Below are positions 34,857-47,039 of a stretch of 64,000 nucleotides of DNA, piece by piece. The notes below the pieces were generated by a model. It saw only the letters and a program-made list of their open reading frames with translations, had not been told where the DNA came from and searched no databases. The DNA lies in assembly GCF_902713615.1 (NCBI RefSeq), contig NW_024055654.1, positions 2,149,674-2,213,673 of the forward strand, written 5' to 3'. The position numbers were made by a program, and so were the translations under genes. Every line of letters begins with the position of its first letter. The first letter of the stretch is position 1. The DNA comes from Scyliorhinus canicula. Lineage: Eukaryota.

Positions 34857-35057
34857 CAATTTATCGAAGCATCAGATATTGAACTTTGCTGAACTGAAGA
34901 TAAGTTCTGTTTTGCTTGGAGTTAAATTGAGAGGGCAGGGCTTTCATAAGTAACCACAGCTGATACGAGAATTGATGATGCCCTGCTCACTTTGCTCTGC
35001 ATCGGGAACCAGCTGTCCAACCCACTGAACTAAAGGGGACGCCAAAACTAGAAACTG

Positions 35058-35130
35058 CGAGCCAGTCAGGAGTCGAACCGAGAATCTCCTAATTCGCAGT
35101 CAGACGCGTTATCCATTGCGCCACTGTCCC
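35058..35130 (-). pseudogene. tRNA-Arg(ACG-type) pseudogene, anticodon GCG
   Basis: Loop CTGCGAA; T-stem and acceptor mismatches. Confidence 0.8.
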
Positions 35131-35224
35131 AAAGCAATTAAACGATTTTGCTATTCCTCCACGATGAAGACCAGTTACGAGATTGAGGTAATATTTAGCA
35201 ACAGACTAAGCTGGAAGCACCAGA

Positions 35225-35297
35225 TGTTTCTGCCTGGTTTCGAACCGGGGACCATTCGCGTGTAAAGCGAATGTGATAACCACTACACCACAGAAAC
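35225..35297 (-). tRNA. tRNA-Val-TAC: tRNA-Val(TAC), one T-stem mismatch
   Basis: 73-nt Val body. Confidence 0.7.
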
Positions 35298-35558
35298 AGC
35301 TGGCAACGCAGACGCCAACGGACCTGTGGCACCTGCAAGTCAGCTGCCTTGTTGCAGCTTCGGAAAGTTCGGCTGAGAGGACATGTCGCTTCTTCTAAGA
35401 ATACGTCTGTTCCTTGAAACCAGATGTCTAAACTTACAAGCCAGAAGAAGAACCTATATGGAACTGAAGCATTTGTTCAGCAAATCTCTAACGGCGAAAT
35501 GCTGACGGCAGGGTTGATTTACATTGGCCCACTCTGAAAAATATTTCTCAGGACTCGG

Positions 35559-35596
35559 GTGTTAGGCGAATGTGATAACCACTACACCACAGGAAC
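35559..35596 (-). pseudogene. tRNA-Val(AAC) 5' half
   Basis: gttcctgtggtgtagtggttatcacattcgcctaacac, then a junction. Confidence 0.7.
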
Positions 35597-35844
35597 CGCT
35601 GGGAGCCTCGCCATGAGTGGACGCGTGTAATGTTCAACCTCAATGTGTTGCTGCGGCTTCTCATGGTTCCGCGGAGTGGTGTCTCAACTTATGAAAGCAT
35701 CAGATATTGAACTTTGCTGAACTGAAGATAAGTTATGTTTTGCTTTAAGTAACCACAGCTGATACGAGAATTGATGATGTCCAGCTGAATTTGCTCTGCA
35801 TCAAGAACTCGCTGAACTGAAGGGGACGCCAAAACTCGGAACTG

Positions 35845-35917
35845 CGAGCCAGCCCGGAGTCGAACCTGGAATCTCCTGATTCGTAGTCAGACGCGTTATC
35901 CATTGCGCCATTGGCCC
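35845..35917 (-). tRNA. tRNA-Arg-ACG: tRNA-Arg(ACG), two stem mismatches
   Basis: Loop CTACGAA; boxes intact. Confidence 0.7.
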
Positions 35918-36011
35918 ACAGCAGTTCCAAGCTTTGGCTATTCCTCGATGATGAAGACCAGTTACGAGATTGAGGTAATATTTAGCAACAGACTAAACTG
36001 GCAGCACCAGA

Positions 36012-36084
36012 TGTTTCTGCCCGGTTTCGAACCGGGGACCATTCGCGTGCAAAGCGAATGTGATAACCACTACACCACAGAAAC
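36012..36084 (-). tRNA. tRNA with Val body and TGC (Ala) anticodon
   Basis: gtttctgtggtgtagtggttatcacattcgcttTGCacgcgaatggtccccggttcgaaaccgggcagaaaca; all stems pair. Confidence 0.75.
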
Positions 36085-36299
36085 AGCTGGCAACGGAGAC
36101 GTCTGTTTCTTTAAAACAGATGTCTAAACTTACAAGCCAGAAGAAGAACCTATATTGAACTGAAGCATTTGTTCAGCAAATCTCTAACGGCGAAATGCTC
36201 TCTTCTATTATTAATGCAGCATTCTGAAATCCTACAGAAAAAAGCAACCGACTTTACACAATATTTGTTTCGTTAGAGGTCTACACAATTATGATTGGC

Positions 36300-36645
36300 A
36301 TATACAGAGTGGATAGTCAGAAGCTTTTCCCCAGGGTAGAGGGGTCAATTACTAGGGGCATAGTTTTAAGGTGCGATGAGCAAGGTTTAGAGTAGATGTA
36401 CGAGGCAAGTTTTTTTACACAGAGGGTAGTGGGTGACTGGAACTCGGTGCTGGAGTTGGTGGTGGAAGCAGGGACGATAGTGACATTTAAGGGGCATCTT
36501 GATAAATACATGAACAGGATGGGAATAGAGGAATACAGACCCAGGAAGTGTAGAAGATTGCAGTTTTGTCGGGCAGCATGGTCGGCATGGGCTTGGAGGG
36601 CCGAATGGCCTGTTCCTGTGCTGTACTTTCCTTTGTTCTTTGTTA
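36300..36645 (+). mobile_element. CR1/HER1-like LINE 3' end
   Basis: ...FFTQRVVGDWNS...FKGHLDKYM, then a gggccgaatggcctgttcctgtgctgtac tail. Confidence 0.85.
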
Positions 36646-36876
36646 TTATCTAGGCATTGGTATTTAGAATAATGAGAGGTAACCTTATTGAAATACATAA
36701 TGTATTGAGGGTACATGTTGCGGTTAATACACGGGGAGTGTTTCCTTGCGCGAGAAGACTCAAATAGGGGCACAGTTTAAGAATAAGTATTCTACATTTT
36801 AAATAGGAATTAGGCCATTTTGTTCTCTCAGGCGGTCATTAGTCTGCGGAATTCTCCTAATTCACCCCAAGAAAGT

Positions 36877-37058
36877 AATGAAATGAAATGAAAATCGCTT
36901 ATTGTCACGAGTAGGCTTCAATTAAGTGAATGTGAAAAGCCCCTAGTCGCCACATTCCCGCGCCTGTTCGAGGAGGCTGGTACGGGAATTGAACCGTGCT
37001 GCTGGCCTGCCTTGGTCTGCTTTAAAAGCCAGCGATTTAGCCCAGTGAGCTAAACCAG
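36877..37058 (-). mobile_element. Short SINE nested in an older CR1 fragment (~36655-37260)
   Basis: Same family as 7746-7919, with a (tttca)n tail. Confidence 0.8.
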
Positions 37059-37399
37059 ACAATGGAAGCTGCGTCTTTAAATTTATTCAAGGCTGAGTTG
37101 GATAGATTGTTGATAGTTAAGGGAACCACGGGTGCTGGCTGGGGTGGGGGCGGGATTACAGACAGGAAGATGGAATTGAGACCACAATCAGATATACGAA
37201 GATTAGATTGAATGGCGGAGTAGGCTAAAGGGCCAGATAGCCCACACTTGCTTGCAAACCATTTGATTATATGCCAGAATTAATTGCATTCTTGGTGGCC
37301 TGTCCCTCAAAGGGATGTTATTTAGAGAAAGGTGTATCTCAATTTCTCTGCCTCGGGGTAATATCCGTCTGTTGACTGAAATATGCCAGCCTCTGACCT

Positions 37400-37670
37400 G
37401 CATGGATGTGCTGCCGCAGACACGATGGCACAATGATTAGTCCAGCTCCTTGACAGTGTCAGGGTCCCGGGTTCAATTCTGACCTTGGATGACTGTTTGT
37501 ATGGAGTTTCCACTTTACCCCTGTTTCTGTCTGGCCTTTCTGCGGCTGCTCCCACAGTCCAAAGTTGTGCAGGTTCGGTGTACTGTCCGCCTTGTGTAAG
37601 GTTATGGGGATGGGGTGGGACAGTGGACCTGGGCGGAGCTCTCTTTCAGATGGTCGGTGGAGATTCACAT
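37400..37670 (+). mobile_element. HE1-like SINE, diverged
   Basis: A/B boxes and core. Confidence 0.6.
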
Positions 37671-38524
37671 GTTCTGGTGGAATTTGTTTTAATTCCCGAT
37701 CCATTATCTGCCTTTTATTCTTCATTTTTTCTTTTCTTCATACTCACCTTGATACTTCCACTCTTTCTGTTCCCACTGCTTGATAATATTTGAGAATCTA
37801 AATGCTCCACAACTGCTCACTGCATCAGCTCTGGAGGAAACACAAATATATTGGAAAAACCGCTGGTCATGCAGGATCTTTCACTGTCCATAGTATTTCA
37901 ATAGCTCCCATGTGTTTCCCTTGCTATCTCTTTCCCCTTTGTTCTCTCCTTCCCTCACTTGCCTTGTTTTAATCGCGCCATCTCACATTCTGTGTTTCCC
38001 TGTCTCTACCAATGGTCTGCACCCTCTATGTTATTCTATCTGCTTGTTCGTTCTATGTATCTCTTTAATATTTCTCTTAAGTTGCCTGTGCATCCCTTTT
38101 CATTGCTCTGTCATTCTTTCCCTGCATCACGCTGTCTTTATTCATTGCTTGTTAATTTATAACATCTTGCCCGACTTTCGAGGGCCAGGATTCCAGCTGT
38201 TACCTTATATGGCAACAGGTTACGTGCGAGCAACGCCATCGATGGCTAGCGGTGTCACGTCAGCGGTCACCTTCCGATCCAGTGGGTTTGGAACCCCCCT
38301 CCCGCTGCCTCATTGGCCGAAAGCCAGAGATGTTTCTGCAAAAGCGCGATCAATATAGACACCCAAGACCCGTGCCAGTGCAGACTCGGCGTGGTGGTGA
38401 TCTTGACCATTCTGAAGACGCACCAGAGGGTCAGAGAATCCCGTGAGTGCAGAGGAGGCCATTTCGCGTATCGATCCTCACCAAACATTTGAAATAACAC
38501 CTTACTGGGACCGCAGATCCCTTC

Positions 38525-38745
38525 AACCCACCTAATCATTGGAGAGAAAGGGACAATTTAGCATGGCCAGTCCACCTAATCTGCAAACATTTTGACTGTG
38601 GCGGGAACCGGAAAATCCGGAGAAAACCCACTCAAACTTGGGGAAAGTGCGCAAACTCCACACAGACAGGCACCGAATGGAATTGAACCCGGGTCCCTCA
38701 TACTCTGAAGCAGCAGTTGCTATCCACTGTACCAGCGCGCCGTCC
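38525..38745 (-). mobile_element. HE1-like SINE, diverged
   Basis: Core aagggacaatttagcatggcc...gaattgaacccgggtcc. Confidence 0.6.
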
Positions 38746-38944
38746 CTGTCCCACTGTGCCAAAGGACGGAAGGTCGTCCACCTTTGTGACAACAGCCCTG
38801 AGGAACATGAAACTCAGAGAATCGGAGTCGCAGCTTGATCAGGTTTATCAGCACGAGTAGTATCACGAATCTGCGGAATCTTTATAGTGATTGTTATTGG
38901 AATATTTTAAGGGTTAATATATTGAATAAAGATACATCGAAACA

Positions 38945-39320
38945 TTCATAGAAAGCAGAAGCAGGAGAAGACCATTTGACCTTCGAGCATACTCCACCAT
39001 TGATTATGATCATTGCCGATCATCACGTTCAGTACCGTTATCCCGCCTCCCGCCCATATCCCGTGACCCATTAAGCCCCAAGAGTTACAGCTAATTGCTT
39101 CTTGAAATTACAAAACGTTTTGGCCTCAACTACTTTCTGTGGCAGTAAATTCCACAGATTCACCACTCTCCGGATGAGAAAACATCGCCTCACCTCAGAC
39201 CCACAAGATTTATTCCTTATCCTCAGTCTATGCCCGCTAGTCCTGGACTCCCCCACCATCGGGAACAATCTTTTTGAATCTACCCTGTCTATTCATGTTT
39301 GAATTTTGTACGGTTCTGTG
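38945..39320 (-). mobile_element. CR1-like 3' fragment
   Basis: ESRTSGHRLRIR...RRVVNLWNLLPQKVVEAKT..FKKQL. Confidence 0.75.
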
Positions 39321-40107
39321 AGATTCCCTCTTACTCTTCAAACTTGGTTTGATTTTATAGTTGTCCTGTGCTTTTTTCGCCTCATCAAGAAAGACATCTG
39401 GGTAAAACGTTTCATGAATACACTGGTCAGAGTGTCTGAGATTTTACAGATACAGCAGCCCCTTGCTTATCAATGCCCGCTCTCCGCTCAGCCACGTCTG
39501 CAATATTCGCACCAATCCGCACTTTCTGTCCACCCATCTTCCTTCCCTGCTTATTCACCTCCACTTTCTATTACCCCACACAGACGCTCTGCTGAAGAAA
39601 TTCTCACTCATTCCGCTCTTGAAGCATGATCCACCTCTTTTCTCTTCCATTGGTCGTCACATTCTCTACACCTGCACAGCACCTGAAAGAACGCCCACCT
39701 TCCACTTCTTCTCGATTGCTTTCTTCTGCACGAATGTTATGATTTGCCTGACGCATAGACTGCGCATTGACGGGGAATGTCAGAGCAAATTTACAGATGG
39801 ACTTGATTCTGGTGTGGACTATCGGCACTAATACAAGCACGAAATTCGAAATTTCAGGCTGTCTGCCACTCAACTGCAAAAATGTGCAAACAGCTGATGG
39901 GTTCGGGACATTTTATAGCTACAGTTGGTACAATGACTCAGCGAATCCATCACATGAGAACCTCAGGTTCCTCCCATCTTGGATCTGGTTGCTGATGTCA
40001 GACTAAAATTAATTATTCGTCGGAAAGTTGTCCACTCACCCGGGAACCCACGTTCAAATCCGGATGAAGAAAAAGCGGGTTGAGTTCCAATACCTCTCCC
40101 GCTTGAC

Positions 40108-40404
40108 TGGTAACAATAATAATCTTTATTATTGTTACAAATCGGCTTACATTAACACTGAAATTATGTTTCGATGAAAATGCCTTAGTCGCCACACTCC
40201 GGCTCCTTTCCGGGTACACAGATGGAGAATTCAAAATGTCAAATTCACGGAACAGCATGGCTTTGGATATGTGGGAGGAAACTGGAGTAACCCCACGCAG
40301 ACACGGGGAGAATGTGCAGACTCCACACCAACAGTGACCCAAGTGGGGGATCGAACCTGGGACCAAGAGCTGTGAAGCATCAGTACTAACCACTATGCTA
40401 CCAT
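40108..40404 (-). mobile_element. HE1-like SINE
   Basis: Head ggtagcatagtggttagtactgatgc; (tta)n tail. Confidence 0.75.
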
Positions 40405-40491
40405 GTTTTGGTAGCCAGATTGCACCCTGTGGGCTCTGAGGTCACTAAGATTCTGGTCATCACTCACCTTCGACATTTTAACGTTTTACAG

Positions 40492-41446
40492 TGTAGCCAT
40501 CTAAGATGGACAATGGGCTACAAAATGGAGAACTGCTAAGGCTGCAGGGAAAAACAGTCTTAGTGAGGACAAGCAGCTTACAGAAGACTAATTTGCATTC
40601 TGCACGTACAGAAACCAGTTTTTGGCCAGGTGCAGAGTTTCAGCCAACGGTGCAAATGGAAACAGATCTGCATAGCAATGAGGTGATCCAGATCCAGACC
40701 CCGCACAATAGAAACATTTAAGTGTCAATGGATACTTTTGAGTAGAGGCCCAGACAGAATGGCGCCACAGCAACCAACACAAAGAGCCGTAGGGACCGCC
40801 CCACCCATCGAGGAACGACCCTCAGATTGGGGGGTTTGGAAGATATCGATTGGGAAAGGCCCAATCGATACCTGGCAGGTAAAAGAACCGCCCCAAGGGG
40901 GCACGGACTTCTAGGACCTATAAGAGTAGACCCCGCACATGGTTCGGTCTGCTTTGCTCCGGCTCAGGACTGCTTTTGCTCCGGCTCAGGACTGCTTGCT
41001 TACTCCGACCCGAGTTTGTTGTTTGTTACATCGCATCCTGACTCCAGTTTCATCACCAGCCGTTGAGCCATCAGCCATCGAACTGTAAGTGCCAATACAA
41101 CGATCGCTACGTGATCCAGACCTTGCTAGATCTTGACAACTTTGCGATTCAGAGAGTTGCAGACCAAGAACGGGAGTATTTAGTTGTTTAGTATTAGAAG
41201 TAAGTTAGTCTCTTTAGCGTATGCATGTGTATTTATTATATTTGTTATAATAAACACCAATCGTTTGGACTTACTAATCGGTGTACAGATTTATTACTTT
41301 GAACCTGACCTTGATATACTTGTGACGGTGTCTCAATACGCCACCTGGCAACTCCAGCATAATTACATATACAGAGCCATAGTAGTGTTAAGCACACGGC
41401 CTTTAAACGGAGGCGTGTCAATCACACTCCAGTAAAACGAGCAACA
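40492..41446 (+). mobile_element. Solo LTR (955 bp)
   Basis: TGTAGC...GCAACA termini; 4-bp TSD ACAG at 40488-40491 and 41447-41450; TATAAGA at 40919; AATAAA at 41249. Confidence 0.8.
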
Positions 41447-42134
41447 ACAGGTAATTCAGTAAATCAGCGGCCATTAAAAGCTGTTTCCAATATGGACGCA
41501 GCAGCTAATCCGTTTGCACGATTCAAAACTCACCGTGCATAAATCAGGTTTTAGTCCACACTGAACGTTCCATGCACGATGATGATGCTCAGAGTTTTCC
41601 TAGTTCTCCATATAAACTCCACACAGAGGCATGTTTCTATTCAACATCAGACATTTCATGGGTGGCGTTGAGCTTCGTCAGACTTGTTGGAAGTGCAATC
41701 GTCCAGACAAACACGGAATATTCCATTACATTCCTGTCTTGTGCCTTGTAATTGGAGACAGGCTTTGCAAGGCCAGTTGGTAAGTTACTCACCGCAGAAT
41801 TCCCAGCCTCTAGCTGACCAAGCCGCCACATTACTAGCATAAATGGGTCATTTCAATTACGAGGAATTTGTACATTGTCTGTTTATCTGTTCTCCAACAT
41901 ACCCAGCTTTATAAGCAAAGTATTTTAACTTTACTTAAGAAGAGATACCCACCCGAGGCCCATCAAAGACATGGGGCACGTGCCCGAGTCACTATATCTA
42001 TAGCACAACGATTCGGGATAGTTCCTGTAGTCTGTACTTAAATTAATGTGATCAAGGCTTTAAAAAAGTGACAAGCAGACCTGGAAAACTAACCACTCGT
42101 TAGCTTCAGTCTGTAATGCAGAAACTGTTGAGTA

Positions 42135-42436
42135 AATTATAGAATTTACTGCGCAGAAGGAGGCCATTCGGCCCATCATGTATGCACCGGGCCTGGGAAA
42201 GTGCACCCTACTGAAACGCACCCCTCCCCCCACCTAACCGTTTGGGCATTAAGGGACAATTTAGCATGGCCGATTCACCCAACCTGCGGGAGGAAACTGG
42301 AGAACGCAGAGGAAACACATTCAGACACGGGGAGAACGTGTAGACTCCGCACAGACGGTGACCCAAGCCAGGAATCGGACCTGGGTCCCTGGCACTGTGA
42401 AGCAACAGTGCTAAACACTGTGCTACCGTTCCGCCC
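42135..42436 (-). mobile_element. HE1-like SINE
   Basis: Head gggcggaacggtagcacag; CR1-like tail. Confidence 0.75.
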
Positions 42437-42496
42437 ACATTAAAGATTTCTTGGATATCGGAATACATTAAAGATTTCTTGGATATCGGAATACAT
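42437..42496. repeat. 28-bp tandem duplication
   Basis: acattaaagatttcttggatatcggaat x2. Confidence 0.9.
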
Positions 42497-43191
42497 AAAT
42501 GGCACCAACATGACTTCATGAAAAAAGATAATCTTTACAAATATTGGCATACAGACTTCACAGCTTTGATAAAAATGTGAATAGTTGTGGAAACGAAGAG
42601 ACGTGCATTAGTCATTATCGATTTAGACTTAAAAATGCATATAGCCATAGAATAAAAGCCATTTTTAAGGCTTGAAAAAATTGATCTGGATTTAGAAACG
42701 CTGGTAGAAGATAGATAAAAAGACAGTTAGGTGTATATCTGGATCGGTTTATCAATTCCCAACTCAGAGAAATGTTTGGATTATCTTCCTTCTGATGCGG
42801 GCTGCCGAGGAGGTGGATCACAGCTTGCAATTACAGAGTGGCTAATTTATAAGATCAGTTGACAGCATACACTTTATTTCCATGTCGTGACCTTCGACGT
42901 GAAACTATCATCAACCTGGCTGCGCACTTGCAGCGTGCAATAGATCAGCTGTCAGTACAGCGCTGAGATTTCCATACTTAAAGGTGACACTGAGCATTTT
43001 CCACATACTCAACACGAACTACAAATAGTGCTTGGCCTCTATTCAAATTTAATCATTTGTCTTTATTTCGGATTCAACAAGATATTTGCATTTCTGCCTA
43101 TCTTTCTAGTTAAGCTAAGAATAGACATCAGTGTATTGCCTCTCTGTCTGTTTACCTGTATGTTTATTCAGCTGCGAATCTATCCGCGAAT

Positions 43192-43345
43192 GGGACTGGT
43201 TCAGCACACTGGGCTAAATCGCTGGCTTTTAAAGCAGACCAAGGCAGGCCAGCAGCACGGTTCAATTCCCGTACCAGACTCCCCGAACAGGCGCGGGAAT
43301 GTGGCGACTAGGGGCTTTTCACATTCACTTAATTGAAGCCTACAG
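43192..43345 (+). mobile_element. Short SINE
   Basis: gggactggttcagcacactgggctaaatcgctggc... Confidence 0.8.
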
Positions 43346-43721
43346 TCAGCGATTTTCAGTTTTTTTTTCATTTTCCTCCAGAGATCTTGTGGCCCACTGA
43401 GCAGCGCCTCTAGCTCTCCCAGAACTTCCGGGAAGGTGCCGCAATTCAAGACTTGATGAAAATGACAGGTTTACTCATAACCTGGCCAAACTGGTTGATT
43501 ATCAGTCGGAAATCCTTCCAGTGGCGGATAGAAACAGCGAATGAAACATAGAAATATAGAAAATAGGTGCAGGAGTACGCCATGTGGCACTTCGAGCCTT
43601 TATCATCATTCAATATGATCATGGCCTTGCTAAAGTCTATGTAGACAAAGTCGACTGCACTGCCATCATCTATCTTCTTGGTTACCCCTGTCAAATACTC
43701 AATAAAATTCGCGAGACATTA

Positions 43722-44413
43722 GGGGGGGAGATTCTCTGAGTCTGTGCCGGGCCAGAGAATCACCGCAACCGCACCACAACACCCCAATACCGGTGCGTGA
43801 TTCTCCGAGGTGCGGAGAATCGACACCATTTGCGCCAACGCGTTTGGTGCAGCGCCGGCCGCGGGCCAGTGCAATCAGCGGGGCCACCGATTCTCTGTCC
43901 CGGATGGGCCGAGCAGTCACACAGTCACACTGATAGGACTGAGTCGCCCCGGCGCCATTCACCCCTGGTCGCCACCGGCGGGAACTCTGCGTGAACGGTC
44001 AGGGGCAGCCTGTGTCTGTGTGTGTGTGTGGAGGGGGGGGGGGCTCCTTCAATGGGGGGGGGGGGGGCTCCGATGGGGTCTGGCCTGCAATTGGCCAACA
44101 TCTTCTCCCCCGGGCCTACTTTCTGGCGCGGCTGTATCCTGAACACCTACGCCATGTTGGTCGGGACCGCGTGCTAAAGAAGTCCCCCAGACATGCACAG
44201 GTTGGCGTGGCCCAACTGCGCATGTGCGGCTTGGCTCGGCGCACATTTGGCACCACGAACGGAGGCTGGAGCAGCGTGACCCACTCCAGCCCTGTGCTGG
44301 CCCCCTGTGGGGGGCAGAATCGTTCGTACCCGGGCCCGGTTCATGGCGTCATGAAATACGACGCCATTCACGATGGCGCAAACACTTGCGCTCCATATTG
44401 GAGAATCGCCCCC
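43722..44413. mobile_element. GC-rich MITE-like element with terminal inverted repeats
   Basis: Ends gggggagattctct / ggagaatcgccccc, internal gagaatc repeats, CpG-rich, no coding homology recognised. Confidence 0.6.
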
Positions 44414-45714
44414 ATGATTTTCCACTCACAAAGCTATGTTGACTGTCCCAAATCAGCCCTTGCCTCGAAATGCCTGTAGATCCTGTCTCTCAGAATACCT
44501 TCTATAAACTTACCACCACAGATGTTAGGCTCCCCGGTCTGTATTTCCCAGTATTTTCCCAGCGGCCCTTCTTAAACAAAGGCACAACATTTGTTACTCT
44601 CCAATCTTCAGGCACATCACCTGTGGCTGTCGATTTAGTTTCATGCAGGACTGAGAAGAGAAATCCAAGCGGCCAATCAACCCCATAACGTCGGCCTCTT
44701 TTTCACAAGACTTTAAAATAAAGATGGAGCCAGTGGGTTTGTATAACGAACTGTTCATTTATTCACTCAAATACTAAAATGTGTATACTGATTGCCAAGT
44801 AAATAATTATAATCAAAGATCAGGAAACATCCAGTCGAAATTGCACACTTTTTTTCTTGACGATCGAAAGGTTTCTATCCTGTCTTATGATATTAAACAG
44901 CTTTATTCAGTACACTCCAGCACGTATTTGGTAAATACCCGATATTAGCTCTTCTAACTGGTGCCAGACTTGAGGAAGAATTATAATTGTTATTTCTCCC
45001 TGAAGCCTCCAACCATTCAAGGATCAATACACCGTCTATATATGAAGGCAGCCTTCTTGCACATCATTCTTTGCAACATAGAAACACAGCACTTAGGAAT
45101 AGAAGTTGACCAATGGGCACTTTTAGCTTCCCCGTAATCCAATAAGATAATGGCAGATGTGTTAGTTGTTTCAAATTCACTATCCTATCTGCTCGCTGTA
45201 ATCCTCAATTAATCTTGTCTATAAACAATTTATCCAACTGAGCCTTGAACACAAGGCCTCTATTGCTTTCTGAGGAAGAGAATTTCACAGGCGGGTGAGC
45301 CTGTGAGGGAGACAACAATGTTCTCCTCATCTCCTTCTTGAACGAGACACCTCTTATATTAATCAATGTGCCCCTGCACCTGTGTAGTTTTCGTCACCTG
45401 GCAAAGGATTAACTAAAGGGTATGTTTGATATAAAATCGTTTTATTAACATTGAGCTCTAACACCCATCTTTCTACACATAGGTTGTTACCTTCAACTCT
45501 AAGTTTTGTGACACATTATGTTAGTTTAAGTAATTCTCCATTCGGCGTCAGGAGATTCTATCCTTCATCAAGACTGAACACGTAATCTCGGCCGAAATTC
45601 AGTTTTTGACACTGCAGGAGTGCTGCATCGTTGGTGGTGCTGCCTGCCTGCATATATATGTATCTGAAGACTCAATTTGCCTATTCAGGTAGATATGAAA
45701 GAGTCCACGCGAGG

Positions 45715-45982
45715 AGATGGTGGGGTAGTCACTGGGCCAGTAATCCAGAGATAATGCTCTGGAGTCCCGGGTTCCAATCGCACCGCGGCAGATTGTAAAA
45801 TTTTAGTTCAATAAAAATCTAGAATTAAACGTCTAATGATGACCATTGCCTATTGTAAAAGCGAAAATCCCATCTGGTTCACTAATGTCCTTCAGGGAAG
45901 GAAATTTGTGCTCATTACCCGGTCTGGCCTACACGTGACCTCCGACCCACACAGCAAGAGATGCACTTATCTACACCGCCCC

Positions 45983-46013
<31 letters not shown>

Positions 46014-46080
46014 AACTGAAATGGCCATCACGCCTGTCAGTTCAAAGGCAACTTGGGATGGGCGAAGCCGTTGACAACAT
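45715..46080 (+). mobile_element. Older SINE, SacSINE1/DeuSINE-like (related copy ~61600-61870)
   Basis: ...cccatctggttcactaatgtccttcagggaaggaaat...gtctggcctacacgtgac core present in both copies. Confidence 0.5.
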
Positions 46081-46343
46081 CTGAGAAAATGAAAATCTTT
46101 CATTCAGTTTAGTAATAATACTCTGCCTCAAACAAGGTTTGGAAATCCACATTTCTTGTGACAATTTGTTTGTTTCTCTTTGCAACCGAAACGTTGTCCT
46201 GCAGTTGCCCTTACAGAGGTTTGATAATAAAAGTGGCACAACCATAATCGTCATCTCGTAAGAGGCACAATCTCAAGAATTCTTGCACATTTCCTGCCAT
46301 TTTAACCCAAGTACAATTTCTCTATACATGCATACATGCATAT

Positions 46344-46674
46344 GGGGCAGCAGGGTAGCATGGTGGTTAGCATAAATGCTTCACAGCTCCAGGGTCCTAG
46401 GTTCGATTCCCGGCTGGGTCACTGTCTGTGTGGAGTCTGCACGTCCTCCCCGTGTGTGCGTGGGTTTCCTCCGGGTGCTCCGGTTTCCTCCCACAGTCCA
46501 AATATGTGCGGGTTAGGTGGATTGGCCATGCTAAATTGCCCGTAGTGTGCTAATAAAAAGTAAGGTTAAGGAGGGCGGTTGTTGGGTTACGTGGGTTTGA
46601 GTGGGGTGATCATGGCTCGGCACAACATTGAGGGCCGAAGGGCCTGTTCTGTGCTGTACTGTTCTATGTTCTAT
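46344..46674 (+). mobile_element. Young HE1-like SINE
   Basis: ggggcagcagggtagcatggtggttagc...gttctatgttctat. Confidence 0.85.
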
Positions 46675-47039
46675 AGTGGAATTTGCCTTTGGATTTTAAT
46701 TACAATCTATCGCCACCGCTTTTCGCTTCCTTTTCGCTTTTTTGTTCCACCTGCATGTGGTTTCCGGTGTTGGATCTAACTCAACGTCTCTACTTCCCAA
46801 ATGCCCCGTCTATTGTTATCTGTCTACAAATAAGAACGATAAATCGATATATAATGTAGACAGGCAGACAGAATGAACGAGCTCGAAGTGGGTCTGAATT
46901 ATTTCCGTCTCCACTGGTCTAATTCTTCCCTGAGTATTCCATCCATTGCACCGGAAGAACACTACACACAATCTCCATGCGATTCACTCTGACTTCGTTG
47001 TTTCCCACATCGATCCACCTCGTGCTCTTTAGCCTTAAA

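Noticed and set aside
2622-36127. Recurrent 60-140 aa ORFs (e.g. MAMTVCF..., MSKCMTN..., MRCRNYIEIN...)
   Set aside because: They recur only because the tRNA repeat unit recurs. They overlap tRNA genes, starts and stops differ between copies, and I recognise no protein family.
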